From positions 32,426,001 to 32,490,000 of the forward strand of contig NC_045705.1 of NCBI RefSeq assembly GCF_009834535.1: a stretch of 64,000 nt of DNA, read 5' to 3'. The DNA comes from Camelus ferus. Taxonomy: Eukaryota. The translations under genes and the position numbers were made by a program. Of this stretch, positions 1-12,303 are shown piece by piece. The notes below the pieces were generated by a model. That model saw only the letters and a list, made by a program, of their open reading frames with translations, did no database searches and was not told where the DNA came from. How positions within the stretch are numbered: the first letter of the stretch is position 1; each line of letters starts with the position of its first letter.

Positions 1-1
1 A

Positions 2-175
2 TTTATGTATGTGAAACCCAAGTCCAGTCATTCCTTTGACACTGATAAAGTGGCATCTATATTTTATACCCTTGTCATCCCCATGTTAAATCCCTTGATC
101 TATAGCTTGAGGAACAAAGATGTAAAATATGCCCTACAAAGGACGTGGAAAAAACTCTGCCATATCTTTTCTTAA
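2..175 (+). CDS. OR8K3-like: Olfactory receptor OR8K3-like, 3' end only (gene starts left of the window)
   Basis: The frame from position 2 reads [57 protein letters not shown] with the TM7 [12 protein letters not shown] motif. TAA at 173-175. Near-identical to the 3' ends of the ORFs at 14452 and 25624. Whether the upstream part is intact cannot be seen. Confidence 0.9.
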   Translation, partial: FMYVKPKSSHSFDTDKVASIFYTLVIPMLNPLIYSLRNKDVKYALQRTWKKLCHIFS

Positions 176-2249
176 AGATCACTGATTCTTATAAATTAGG
201 TTAAGGGTTTTCCACCTTGCTGTGCGTGCTTTCAAAGGGAAAACAAACACAAATAAGTTCCTCATATATTTAGAGAATGTCTTCTATGTGTCAGTTGGAC
301 TTCTAAGTGCTATAAGTCTATTAGTGTAAGAAAGATAGAAAAAAAATCTTTGCCATCTCTAACAAGAGGAGATGAAACATAAGCAAAATAATGAAGTTAA
401 TTCTGGAGTACAGCAGAATGAGTTAGGACGTTACAGACCATAAGAGCAGTCAAGGAGAGTGGATGTGCTCTGTGGGAGTGAGGGAGAATAGTAGGCACAA
501 AGAGGGAATTTAAATGACTCTTGTAGTATCCTCAACCTTTAGAATATACTTTCATGTATCTATACATGTTTGTGTACACATGTGTGCTTTTGTGTGAGCA
601 CATTTATCCCAGTTCAGTCTTCATTCTCTTCCACGGGATGTGTTAAGAGCAATCTGGATTGTGGTTTCAAGGAGGCTCATTGGAGTGCGGTGATTTAAAG
701 TCAACATTCATCTGAATTTGCTCAAAACCCCTCATTCCACGTGGGCATCTCAGGGTCTTGTTCTTTTCTCCTCAGCGCTATTATTTTCATGTTTGAGTTC
801 TAGTCCATTAACTCAACATCATGGCATGTTAGCAACTCAGAAGATCATCACAGATCTCATTTTGTCTAAATCAGTCCCTTTGTCTACACCAGTGGATGTA
901 TCAATTAAAATAAATTTCTTAAAAACAAAAAGAATTCTTGTTTAAAAGTCATGTTTTTATTGTGTCTATTTCCATAAGAGGTCTACTCCAAGATAAATTA
1001 GTTTTGTTGCTTCTCTTCCATGTTGCTGACTTTCCTAAAATTTGATTCATTGAGTGTGTACTGTATTTTGATTAGGATCCACTGTCTCACTGCATTGATT
1101 TAAGAAGTTAAAGGAGCTAATCCCTTTATTTGGTCTACTCTGTGTTTCTAGTGAAAGTGTACATGACATGTAACGACTGATGTACATCTTACCGCCTCTG
1201 GACAAACTTCCTCCATATCTTCTCTGAATTCCTCCATATTTTTGTTTATTTTTAATATTTTTTAACTTTCATGGCACTTCATTTACATCACAGAGGGACT
1301 GGACTCTGTGTACAGACATGGACTACAATTTTCTCTGTAGTCAAATAACTTTGAATAAACAAAATTAATTGGACCCAAATAATGGAATATTATCATGTTA
1401 AAAATATGCACAAATTTTACAGCTGATTTTTTAATTACCAAGAAAAAATATTAAACCTGAGTATAAACTATGCATATATAAATATAAGAAACTGTTTTTG
1501 TTCCTAGAAAATTATGGACAGAGATACATCAAAACATTAATATTAGGTAGTGGTGGCAGCTGAGATTAATAAAATGCTTATTTTTTGCTTATATGTTTTC
1601 CCCAAAATATCTTCAGTAAATAATTATAACTTTTATAATTAAGAATTAAAAGTCTCTAATATCTGGATTTGAAAAAAAAAAAACAAACTTTGACTAAATA
1701 AACACAATCCAATATCCCATTTCTAAAATAAATCTAGGTGTGCCCTAGAATGATAGTCCTTAAAAAGATGTACAAAAAGAGAACAAATTGTATTGAGATT
1801 TACTGAAGTTTATAATGTACTTCATTCATTTTATAAGTTACTCTCTACTTCATTATTAAGTAGACATATGTTATTTAAGGAAGTTGTCTAATTTTCCATA
1901 GAACACAAACATTCAAAAAACCCAGAAATTTCTATGTAAATGAAAAGTTCGATAGAATATTTTGAATATCAAGAAAATTTATTACACAATACCATAATAA
2001 TTTTTTAAAACAATAGAAATTAGAAAAAGAAACATACAAAAGAAACTTTATCAAATTAATTTTGTGTTTGAAATAGCAATCTGCTTTATGTCAGAATAAT
2101 AAAAATGGATGTAATTTAAATTATATATGTGTGTGTGTGTATATATATATTATATATATCATATATATATACATGTGTATGGACACTAAGAAATACTATA
2201 AAAAATTCAAGAATAAAAATGATCTCAAATAGAAATTTGTATTAAAAAT

Positions 2250-4345
2250 AACTCCCCACCAGAATCAGGTCCAGGTGCCTTTACTAGGGAACACCACGTA
2301 ATGTTTAGGGAAAAAGAAGTAACCAATTATCTTCTTATTCTTCCAGAAAACAAAAGAGAAGTTTCATTTTCCAACTTTATTAGAAGAATTTTCCTCTTGT
2401 ATAAAGTACAGGAGAAGGTATTATTGTAAAAATAATAACAATATCAGTCTTAACACATATTCAAAAATTCTAAACAAAATTTTTACACATTGAATCTAAT
2501 AATATATAAAAAACAATAGCGAACAATGATTATTGACTTATCTCAGAAAAGTGAGGTAAGTTTAATATTCAAAACTCAATTTACACACATACCATTGAAA
2601 GCACCCCAAGCATAATGAAATAGTGAGGTAGAAAACAAGGAAACATGCAAATCACCCAAGTGTAATGAAATACTTTGGTGAAATTAAGAAAAAATGAAGA
2701 AGATCTGTATACAGAAAAATATAAAATACTGATTAAAAAAATCAAAGAAGATCTCGATGAGTTGGTAAACATACTCAGTTCACAATTAGAAGACTGAATG
2801 TAATAAAGATACCAGTCCTGTCCAAAGTGATCTATAGGTTTAATGTGAACTCAAATAAAATCACTCAGCAAGATATTTTGGAGATACAGATGACCTTATA
2901 CTAAAATGTACATGAAAGGCCAAGGACCTAGCATAACTAAAACACATGTTAAAATGTAGAATAATAAAGAAGAAACATTCTATGCCATGTTAAGACGTAG
3001 TATATGGCTACAGAAATCAAGACTGGGTGGTGCCGGTGGAGAGATGGACACATCAATTGATGGAGCAGATTTGAGAGCTCACAAGTAGACCTTGCCAAAG
3101 CCTGATCAATTCTTCATACGTGTACAAAGGTGAGTTAACAAAAGAATGTTTAAATATGGTTTTGGAGTAACAGGACGTTCAAAGGAAAAACAAAGAAAGC
3201 TACAAGTAATGTTGACCTAAACCCTATGTAAATCAAACTGGTTAAAAATAGAAGAAAATGTAAAATGTAAAACTATAAAACATTTAGACAAGAACACAGA
3301 GCAAAGTCTCTATCTAGGACCCATAATTAGTGAAGTGTTTATAGACACAGCATCCAAATCACTATCTGTAAAAGTAAACATCTGTAAGTTTTACTGCATC
3401 AGAATTAGAGCAACCTGCCAATCATACTCTTGGGCATTCAGCCCAGGAATGAAAACTTACATTTGGACAATCACCTTGATGAAAATGGTTATAGAAGTTT
3501 TGTCTGCAGGAGTTTAAGATTGGGAACAACCCACATGTCTTTCAGTGAGTAAATAAAGTCTATCATCAATACCATGGACAAATCCTCATAAGTAATAAAG
3601 GAACAAACATCAATGCACACGAAAGCCTGGATGGACCCCAAGAAAATTGTCTTGGGTGAAGACAGCCTATTGCAGAAGGTAACAAATGGTATTTCCTTTA
3701 TAAAACACTCTTCAAAAGTTAAAATGACAGTGATGAAAAACAGATTAGTGGTTAACGGGATACAGACAAGGAAATGAGCCGAAGGGAAGGGTGTGTCTCT
3801 AAAGGAATAGCATGAGAGATAGCATCCTGGTGACAGAATAAGTTGTAATATGTTGACTGTTATGGTGGTTACATGTGTACACATATGATAAAGTTGCATG
3901 GAGTTGTATCAATGCAAAGGCACAAATGAGTGCACGCAAACCTGCTGAAATCTGGTCAGTGAGTTGTAGCTATGTTAATTTTATGCTCGTGATATTGTAA
4001 TGGATTTATGCAAGTTGTCACTACTAGAAAAACTAAGTGGGGCACAAGGATTCCCTGTGCTCTTTTTTAGAATTTCCCGTAATTCTATAATTACTTTAAC
4101 ATAAAAAGTTAAAAAAAATAAAACCTCATGTCTAAGGCTGCTTGGGACAGTGTAGGATAAGAAAGAGCAGAATGGAAGCACTACAGAGATGCTAAGAAAC
4201 TTTAGGGGTGATGGGTATGCTCTTTAATCAAGATTGTTCTAATGTTTCACAGATGCATACATATGTCAAAACATCAAATTTTACAGTTTATATATGTGCA
4301 GTTTATTATATTCAAAGATGCCTCAATAAAGTGTTTATTTAATTA
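2250..4345 (+). mobile_element. Old L1 (L1M-type) ORF2 and 3' UTR fragments
   Basis: A-rich, with L1 ORF2-like motifs (aaatcaaagaagatct, ccaaagtgatctataggtttaatg) and L1 3'-end-like sequence ending AATAAA. Confidence 0.7.
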
Positions 4346-4639
4346 CTAGACCTACCAAAAATCACACCAAAAACAAGAAGAAGTCAATAATAGATACACA
4401 CACCTTGTAGTAATAATTAACAAGAGAGAACATAGTTAAGGCAACTGTCATAGAGGAAAACTTGTATATTTACTTGTGGAAGAGCGTTTTGATATAATTA
4501 ATCTGAAATAGTTAACAAAATTCATTGACACACTATATTTGTTCTCATCAAGAGATCTCACTGCTGTGTGAGCACTTAAGAATGGAAATAAGTATCATTT
4601 TAAGTGTAGTTGTAGCTGTATCAATATCCACACAGGACC

Positions 4640-4958
4640 GTGTAAGATTATACAATGTGATTCTGGGGCCTGGCAGATAGCAAGGGTGGATGCTGAGCAC
4701 AAGTGCGGGAAACTGAGGCAGAATTTCTTTCTGGCAATCTGGAAGCAGAATTCCTTTTTCTTTAGGGGTTCTCAGTCTTTACTCTTGATAGAAAAGGACC
4801 CACCCACATTCTGGAAGGAAGTTGGCTGTACTCAAAATCTACTGCTTTAAAAGTTAATCACATTTGAAAAATATCCCCATAGCCACATCTAGACTGATGT
4901 TTGACCAAACAACTGGGTGGCATAGTCTAACCACATGGGCAAAAAATAAATAAACATC
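4640..4958 (-). mobile_element. ERVL LTR fragment (MLT2-like)
   Basis: cccacccacatt...tactcaaaatctactg...acatctagactgatgtttgaccaaacaactggg matches the MLT2 5' end in reverse orientation (from memory). Confidence 0.7.
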
Positions 4959-5099
4959 AGAGTCAGGAAAAAAAGAAAATTACAGGAGTAAAAGGTAGAA
5001 ATGTAATACACATACAAAAATACATCTAACTCACTGGTGTGTAAAATTGTTCTGGACTAATAAACACACTCTCCCTTTTTCTGTTGTGATCTCAGTGCT

Positions 5100-5237
5100 T
5101 CAGGGACAATCAAGAAATTGCTTGGGGTCTCCTCAGGGAGAGTCTCAAAGGATGAAAAAGAATGAATAAATTGATCTCACTACGCACCTTATGAAGCACA
5201 TGGGGAAGCCAAGTCAGAGGTTCCATTACAGGTAAAC
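5100..5237 (+). promoter_or_regulatory. Putative promoter and non-coding first exon of the 7061 gene
   Basis: TCCTCAGGGA (O/E, EBF-like) at 5130-5139 and CAG|GTAAAC donor at 5232. Conserved in the paralogous units. Function is inferred. Confidence 0.5.
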
Positions 5238-6597
5238 AGTATATTTCATGGGGCATCATATTATACTTGTATCTGAATAGTTTCGGAGTCATTTGCAAGA
5301 TAACACTTTTATTCTGTGACAAAGCACAGCAAAATATGAGGACTTCTAGTTCCATGTACATCCTACTATTAATAATGCCTGAGCAGAACAGGACTTCCCC
5401 CCTTCCCTTCAGATTAATTGTTCAAATATTTTCACAAATGCTAATGAGTATCTTTGAAATGTCAGTGCCATGTTGTTCATGTAATATTTATATTCTATAT
5501 AAATATTTAATCATATGATTAAGAAAGGACAAAACCGTGGAACAAGAAAGGCTAAATAAAGAGCCAGGAATAAATAATAAAAATTATGGCAGAATCATGA
5601 AGCTGCAGGTGGTCAGGTTCTCGTCTGATGTCTTTCTAAATCTTTAGTCAGTTGGTAACTGTGGCTCTTTTTATTTTCATCTCAAAATATTCTAATAATT
5701 AATATCAAATTAAAGAATCTATAAATGTGATATTTTTCCTGAAATTCTGATGAGCAAAATGAGCAAAATCTTACATTGATATGAAAAATAACTTTTGGTG
5801 TTCAGAAAAATTTTAAGTATCCAGTTTTAAGGTGATGGTCCAATATACAGCATGTGTGGTTTCCAGTGGAATCTGAAGGAAACACATTCAATTTTCTCAA
5901 AAGATACAAAGCCTTAAAAATAATAGTCAGATAATCAACACAGATAGTAAAGTTTGAAAACGCAATTTGATGCTGTCCATAGATGTCTAAAAATGGTGAC
6001 AGAAACTGTAACGTTTCTTATTTTACTGGAAAATCAGCATTTAATACAATTTTTCTTTAGCTTTTCATCATTGTACTTAAACAAGATTTATATTGCTTCT
6101 TATTTCTTTGATTTAAATATTTTTAAGAGTAGTTCAGTATTTCTGACATGGAGAGGTAAGCACATGGGGATAGGATATCAGACACTCACAAGGTTATAAG
6201 CCATGTTTTATGTGAGAAAAAGGTGGATTTTCTGTAAACATATACAGTATAGATACATAATTGAATGCTGTTAGTGCTGTATTTTTCTATTCCCTTTCTT
6301 ATGGCTCACTAAGAGACACTGGACACATATTTTCCTTGTAACCGGTATCAATTCCCTTTTTCTTTTTCCTTCCTCCCTTCTTTCTTTCTCTTTCTCTTTC
6401 TTTTGAAACGCTGATAGTCAATTTTCTAAACCACTAATCATTTTACTCTACCCTGCCATCCTCCTTCTATTCTGGTATTTTTTTAATTAGCAGCTTATTA
6501 GGGATATTCATATACATTTTTTTTACCATTCAAAAAAATTACTGCCTATATCTGTATTTACATCTGTATTTATATCTATCTATATCTGTCTATGTAA

Positions 6598-6827
6598 GTG
6601 TTTGTAAATCTTGGCCTTATTGACATTTTGGTTTTGATAAAACTGTGTTGTAGTGTGTGGGGGTGTAGTCCTAACGTAGCGGAACAAACGGCAGCATCAC
6701 TAGACTCCAACCATCAGATGCCAGTAGCTCCCCTCTTTCACTCACTCTGCTTGTGGCAATCAAACTGCCTCAAAAGATTTCCAGATGTTCTTTGGGCTAC
6801 AAATCATCCCCGATTGAAAAACCACTG
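6598..6827 (-). mobile_element. MER20-like hAT MITE
   Basis: tattgacattttgg...agatgccagtagc...gattgaaaaaccactg. Confidence 0.7.
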
Positions 6828-7019
6828 ATCTATTTCTGTCTCCAGCCCCATCTCTATCATCACTGATTATCTATCTATCTATCATTGTAATACATGTTTA
6901 CTGTGGCAGGCGGGTTTATTTTAAAATACCCCGAATTGGAAATTTGGACTTGTCATATTGGTTCTAGCTCAGCGTCCTAAAACACGACCAGCTGATACTA
7001 CACAACAGCTGTTGACTGT

Positions 7020-7042
7020 GCTGATGTCTTTATGCAGGGTAG
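7020..7042 (+). other. Branch point and 3' splice acceptors of the coding exon
   Basis: CTGAT, then CAG (AG at 7036-7037) and TAG (AG at 7041-7042) just before the ATG. Aligns without gaps to 14411-14433 and 25583-25605. Confidence 0.55.
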
Positions 7043-7060
7043 GCTTTCTGATAAACCTGG

Positions 7061-8002
7061 ATGGAAACGCACAATGGAACCGCGCTGAGCGAGTTCATTC
7101 TCATGGGCATCACAGACCGCCCTGAGCTGCAGGCTCCGTTATTTGGGCTCTTCCTCATCATCTACGTGATCTCAGTGGTGGGCAACTTGGGCATGGTCAT
7201 CCTCACTATGGTGGACACCAGGCTACAGACACCCATGTACTTCTTCCTCAAACATCTGTCTCTCACTGATCTGGGTTATTCAACAACCGTGGGACCCAAA
7301 ATGTTAGCAAGTTTTGTTGTGGATCAAAATACAATCTCCTATTACTTTTGTGCCACACAAGGAGCTTTCTACATTATGTTCATCATTAGTGAATTTTTCA
7401 TTCTGTCACTAATGTCCTATGACCGCTACGTGGCCATCTGTAACCCTCTGCTCTACACAGTCATCATGTCGCAAAGGGTGTGTCAGCTGCTGGTGGCAGT
7501 CCCCTATCTCTATAGCACATTTGTGTCTCTTCTAGTCACTGTAAAGATATTTAATTTATCCTTCTGTGGCTACAATGTCATCAGTCATTTCTACTGTGAC
7601 TGTCTTTCCTTGTTATCTTTGCTCTGCTCAGATACCCAGGATATTGAATTGATTATTATGATTTTCTCAGTGTTTAATTTGATTTCATCCCTTCTGGTGG
7701 TTCTTGTCTCTTACCTGTGTATCCTTGTAACCATTCTCAGGATGAACTCCACTGGGGGTCGGCACAAGGCTTGGTCTACCTGTGGATCCCACCTGACAGT
7801 GGCGACAGTGTTCTATGGGACTTTATTCTTTATGTATTTGCAGCCCAAGTCCAGACATTCCTTTGATACTGACAAAGTGACTTCTATATTTTATACCCTC
7901 ATTATCCCCATGTTGAATCCCTTGATCTATAGCTTGAGGAACAAAGATGTAAAATATGCTGCTAATAGGATATGGAGAAAAATATGCAATATCTTTTCTT
8001 AA
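7061..8002 (+). CDS. OR8K3-like: Olfactory receptor, class II, OR8K3-like, intact 313 aa
   Basis: Single-exon ORF with an N-glycosylation sequon (NGT), [36 protein letters not shown] and [16 protein letters not shown]. Resembles human OR8K3 (from memory). Confidence 0.95.
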   Translation: METHNGTALSEFILMGITDRPELQAPLFGLFLIIYVISVVGNLGMVILTMVDTRLQTPMYFFLKHLSLTDLGYSTTVGPKMLASFVVDQNTISYYFCATQGAFYIMFIISEFFILSLMSYDRYVAICNPLLYTVIMSQRVCQLLVAVPYLYSTFVSLLVTVKIFNLSFCGYNVISHFYCDCLSLLSLLCSDTQDIELIIMIFSVFNLISSLLVVLVSYLCILVTILRMNSTGGRHKAWSTCGSHLTVATVFYGTLFFMYLQPKSRHSFDTDKVTSIFYTLIIPMLNPLIYSLRNKDVKYAANRIWRKICNIFS

Positions 8003-9899
8003 ATTCATTTTACTATGTGGTTCCTCTGAATTAGGCTATGAACATTATGAAGCATTGCTATGTGCTCCCTCAGAGGGAAAAGCAAGGATAAATGAGTTCA
8101 ACATATATTTAGAGATTGACTTCTAAGCACCAGCCATACTTCTAAGTGCTCTAAATACATTAGTTAATGAACAATAAATATCTTTTCCTTTTTTGATGGA
8201 AGAGATGTATTATAAACATAATAATTAGGTAACTTACTGCTACAGTATAATGGGTTAGGGAGTCCCATTATATGGGTTAGACTATAGCCACAGGCAAAGA
8301 GTGTGGGTATGATCCGTGGGAGTGAAAAACATTAGCTGGTACAGACAGGGAATTAAAATGACTTATGTTATTCTCTAATAGTAGAATAGAAGTTCCAGTG
8401 CCTGCATATTAGTGTGTATGTATGTTTGCTTTCCTGTAAGCACATGCTTTCTGCTTAGCCTTCATTCGTTTCTATACGGTGGGTTAAAACATACTTGATG
8501 TTAGTTTCAAGGAGGCTCAGTGTATTGTGTTAATCTGAACTCATCTGAATCTGCTCAATGTCTCCTTCCCACAAGGGGATCTTTGTGTCCTGCTCTTTTC
8601 TCATCAGTATCATTACTTTCACATATGAACCTTAGATAGTTGATTAACTCAACATACTTGGCATTTCAGTGACCCAGACCAACACAACAGCTAAGTTTGT
8701 CTAAATCATTCCATTTGTTTATAAAAATGGATATACCAATTGAGCTCTGTTTCTTGTGGTTTGCCATAGAAGCTTCCTGGGTTTTTACTTTTTATTTTTC
8801 TTACCAACTGATCTTGATTCCTAACCACTTGCTTTTGTTTAAGGGATTGTTACCTTCTTTTTTAATCTTTCTGAAAAATAAGAATAATTCTTGTTTAAAA
8901 GTCATTTTCCAGTTGTTTTTGTCTTCTTGCTTATGAGGTCTGCTCTGGGATAAATTGGGGTGTTGCCTCGCTTTAATTTGGCTGCCTTTCCACGAATTTG
9001 ATGTGACTGAGGGTCACTATGTTTTGATTAAGATTCATTTAATTTGATTGAGACTACATCAACTTGATGACCATACTTGGAAGAAGCAAAATGAGATGAT
9101 TCCATGATTTGGATGATACTGTATTTCTAGTGAATGTGCAGTGTAATATGTAGTCATTTATAAAGTTGTCATGTCTTTTGGACCCTCATTAAATTCTCTT
9201 ATTGTTTGTTCATTTGTATTACTTTTTAATATTCAATAGACTTATTTACATCATAGAGATACTGAACTGTTTTCTGAGTTCATCATTGTGGAATAAAATT
9301 ATCAGTGAAGCCCATCAAATTTGAATAAAAATAATTCATAAGGATATACAGTCAATGAGGTAAATATTATTGGCATTTTTACAGTTTATTTTTTAATTAT
9401 TAAGAAAAATTATATACCTAAGTATGAGCTATGCATACATAAACATTTTTTAAAAACGTGTTTCCTAGATTATGTATCTTGGACAAAAATACAGTACAAT
9501 GTTAGTAATATATGGATTGAAAAAACAAACTGTGAATAAATGCAACCCAGTATCTCATGTCTAAAATAAATAATGGAGTATCTTTGATTATCCCTCAGGT
9601 TATAAAACAAAAAGAAAAAATGCATTAAGATTTACATATTTTGAAAAATATTTCATTCATTCAAAAATTGGTCTTTATTTCATTATCAAATAGATACATA
9701 ATTTGTATCAGAAAATATATTTTCCATAGAATATTAAATGTAAAAATCAGGAACTGGTACATAACATAAAAAGTCGTTCAGTCTCATTATTCACTAAATA
9801 ATTTTCATTTAAATTTTGATGAGATAAAACTATATTCAAGTAGAGTATCTAGTTGTTTCTGTGTGAAAGAACTTTCATTCATTACTGATAGAAAATAAA

Positions 9900-10700
9900 A
9901 TGATATATAAATATTGTAAAACATCTGATTTAAGATTCACTGTCTTAAAAATTAAACATGACTCTAACACAGTATTTAGCTATTCCACTGCCCTGTATTT
10001 ACCCACAAGATATGAAAGCACATTTCATTACAAATACATGTATGCAAATGTCCATATAATCTTTATTTGTGGCAGTCAGACACTGAAAACAATCCAGAAG
10101 TTCATCCACTTGAGAATAGATAAACAAATTGTGGGCTATCCAAGCAAGTGAATATCACAGAGCTATAAAAAGTAGTGAATTATTGGTACAATGAAAACAT
10201 GGATGACTTTCAAAATTATTATGCAGAGGAAAGGATGCTGACTTAAAAGAGTAAATAATCCAAAATTAAATTACAAAAAAATCTAAAATGCATACATCTA
10301 TCGTTGTATAAAGCAGATCAAACAGGAAATCCCAGAAAGTACAAAAAAAAAAAGGGGGGGGATGCATAAAAATCATCATCTTGGAAAAGAAGAAGTAAGA
10401 TGGTCTGTAACTGCAAACAACGTGCTGTTGAATAGAAAAATCTCAAGGAATTCTCCCCACAAAGTGAGTTCAGCAAGATGTTAATTTATATATGTATATA
10501 AATAACATGCAGAAATCAAAATATATATGTATATACTCACTTGTATATACATGTACAACTTACAATCACACAAGTGTAATGAAATAGTAAGAAACTCAGA
10601 AAATGTGCAGGATATGTATGTGGAAAAGTAGGCTGATTAATAAATCAAAGAAGATCTGAATGAACTATAAGATATACTGAGTTCGTAGATTAGTAGAACA
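9900..10700 (+). mobile_element. Old L1 fragments
   Basis: L1 3'-like sequence (gataaacaaattgtgg, aacatggatga) and ORF2-like sequence (aaatcaaagaagatct). Confidence 0.6.
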
Positions 10701-11219
10701 TTTCTAGGTGGGAAAGAAAAATTGGAGTAGGAATTGCACAGAATGGAATAAATGAAATGCTGCAACATGCAATTAAGGAAAAAACATATCAAAAGAGAAG
10801 TTGTAACTAGTCAAAGATGGCAACACTCTATGAAGTGAGGAAAAATGAATAACAGATGCCTGCTTCAGAGGGAAGGAAAACAACAAAAACAACTGAAATC
10901 AAGGAAATAACAGGTCACATTTCCCTAATGCATCATTTTTACTCTATTTAAATTTTTCAAAGAATGTAATAGGACAGAATTTAACACTTCTCCACCATGT
11001 TACCCACTTGAGGAGACCTCTGTGGGTTCGGGCACTCTTGATCATCTGGTCCTAAACATCCAACCATTTACTCACGAGTCCTGTGTGGTACAAATGGAAA
11101 GTTAACTAAGAGTGAAAAATAGGAATTAAACAGATAATACATTTACTCACTGGTGAATACAAATTGTCCTTGACAATTATTGAACGACCTCCAGGCATTT
11201 TGCTGTGCTCTCCTGTGCT

Positions 11220-11357
11220 TTAGGGATAATCAACAAATTGCTTGGCATCTCCTCCGGGAGAGTCTCAAAAGGTGAACAAAATATATAAATTGTTCTCAAT
11301 ATGCCATGTTAAGAAACACATATGGGAGTCAAGACAGAGGCTTCATTAAAGGTAAAA
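11220..11357 (+). promoter_or_regulatory. Putative promoter and non-coding first exon of the 14452 gene
   Basis: TCCTCCGGGA at 11250-11259, then TCATTA (TAATGA on the - strand) and AAG|GTAAAA donor at 11352. Confidence 0.5.
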
Positions 11358-11644
11358 ATGATAGCATATTTCACGTGGTACCGTATGCTACCAATATCCG
11401 CACTGTCTCAGTGACATTTGCCAAGTTCCACTCTAATTCCACGGCAAAGCCAAAGCCAAATGTGCCCATTTCTGATTCAGTCCTGTTTTCTTTCTAACAG
11501 CCATAATGCTAGAGTAAGAATAGGAACTCTTTCTTTCTTCTAAATTGTTGAATACTGTCACATGGATTGAGAGGCTAAAAGCTCATATGCCTCTTTGAAT
11601 CATTGTCGTATTGTTTGTAAAATATTTCTTTTAAGGGAGGTGAT

Positions 11645-11717
11645 GGGGGAGGGTATAGCTCAGTGGTAGAGCGCATGTACAAGGTCCCGGGTTCGATCCC
11701 CAGCACCTCCATTAAAA
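11645..11717 (+). mobile_element. tRNA-derived SINE (camelid type) with a 9-nt internal deletion
   Basis: A box (TAGCTCAGTGG), B box (GGTTCGATCC) and a short A tail. TSD AAGGGAGGTG at 11633-11642 and AAGAGAGGTG at 11718-11727. Confidence 0.85.
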
Positions 11718-12268
11718 AAGAGAGGTGCGAAATTTTTTAATTGCCAAAATTAAGAAACTGCAGGTATTCAGTCTCTCATTTTGATGTCCTTCCAAATACT
11801 CTTTTAGTGATGCTGGACTGTTTTTGTAATCCTTTCAAAGGTAATTTAACTTTAAATGATCATTTAAATAACCATAGAAAGAGAATTCTCATTTGATAAC
11901 TTGATGAGGAAAAAAGAGGTTGCCACCTCACACTGAGGTGGGAAAGGCTTTACTGGGACACTAGGAGCCTTTTAAGCACCCAGTTTTATGTTAATGATGC
12001 AATATTCAGCATATGCTTCATTGTCTAGTGAGATCTGACAGAAACCAGATATAATTATCTCAAAGAGTATAGCTTCAAAAAAATAAAAACTGAATATTCA
12101 ACAGAGATACTAAACTGTGAAAGAACAATTTGGTTCTTTCCATCGAACTCAAAAGCTGGTGTGGGAAAATGATTTTATCTTCCCTTACCTTATGGGAAAA
12201 TTGGTACTTACTATGTGCTGTTTGCTTTTTTAGCCTTCCATGATGGTAAAGGGAAACAAAAAGAAAAG

Positions 12269-12303
<35 letters not shown>

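Noticed and set aside
11645-11717. tRNA gene
   Set aside because: It has A and B boxes but lacks the anticodon arm, has an A tail and a TSD, and is absent from the paralogous site, so it is a SINE.
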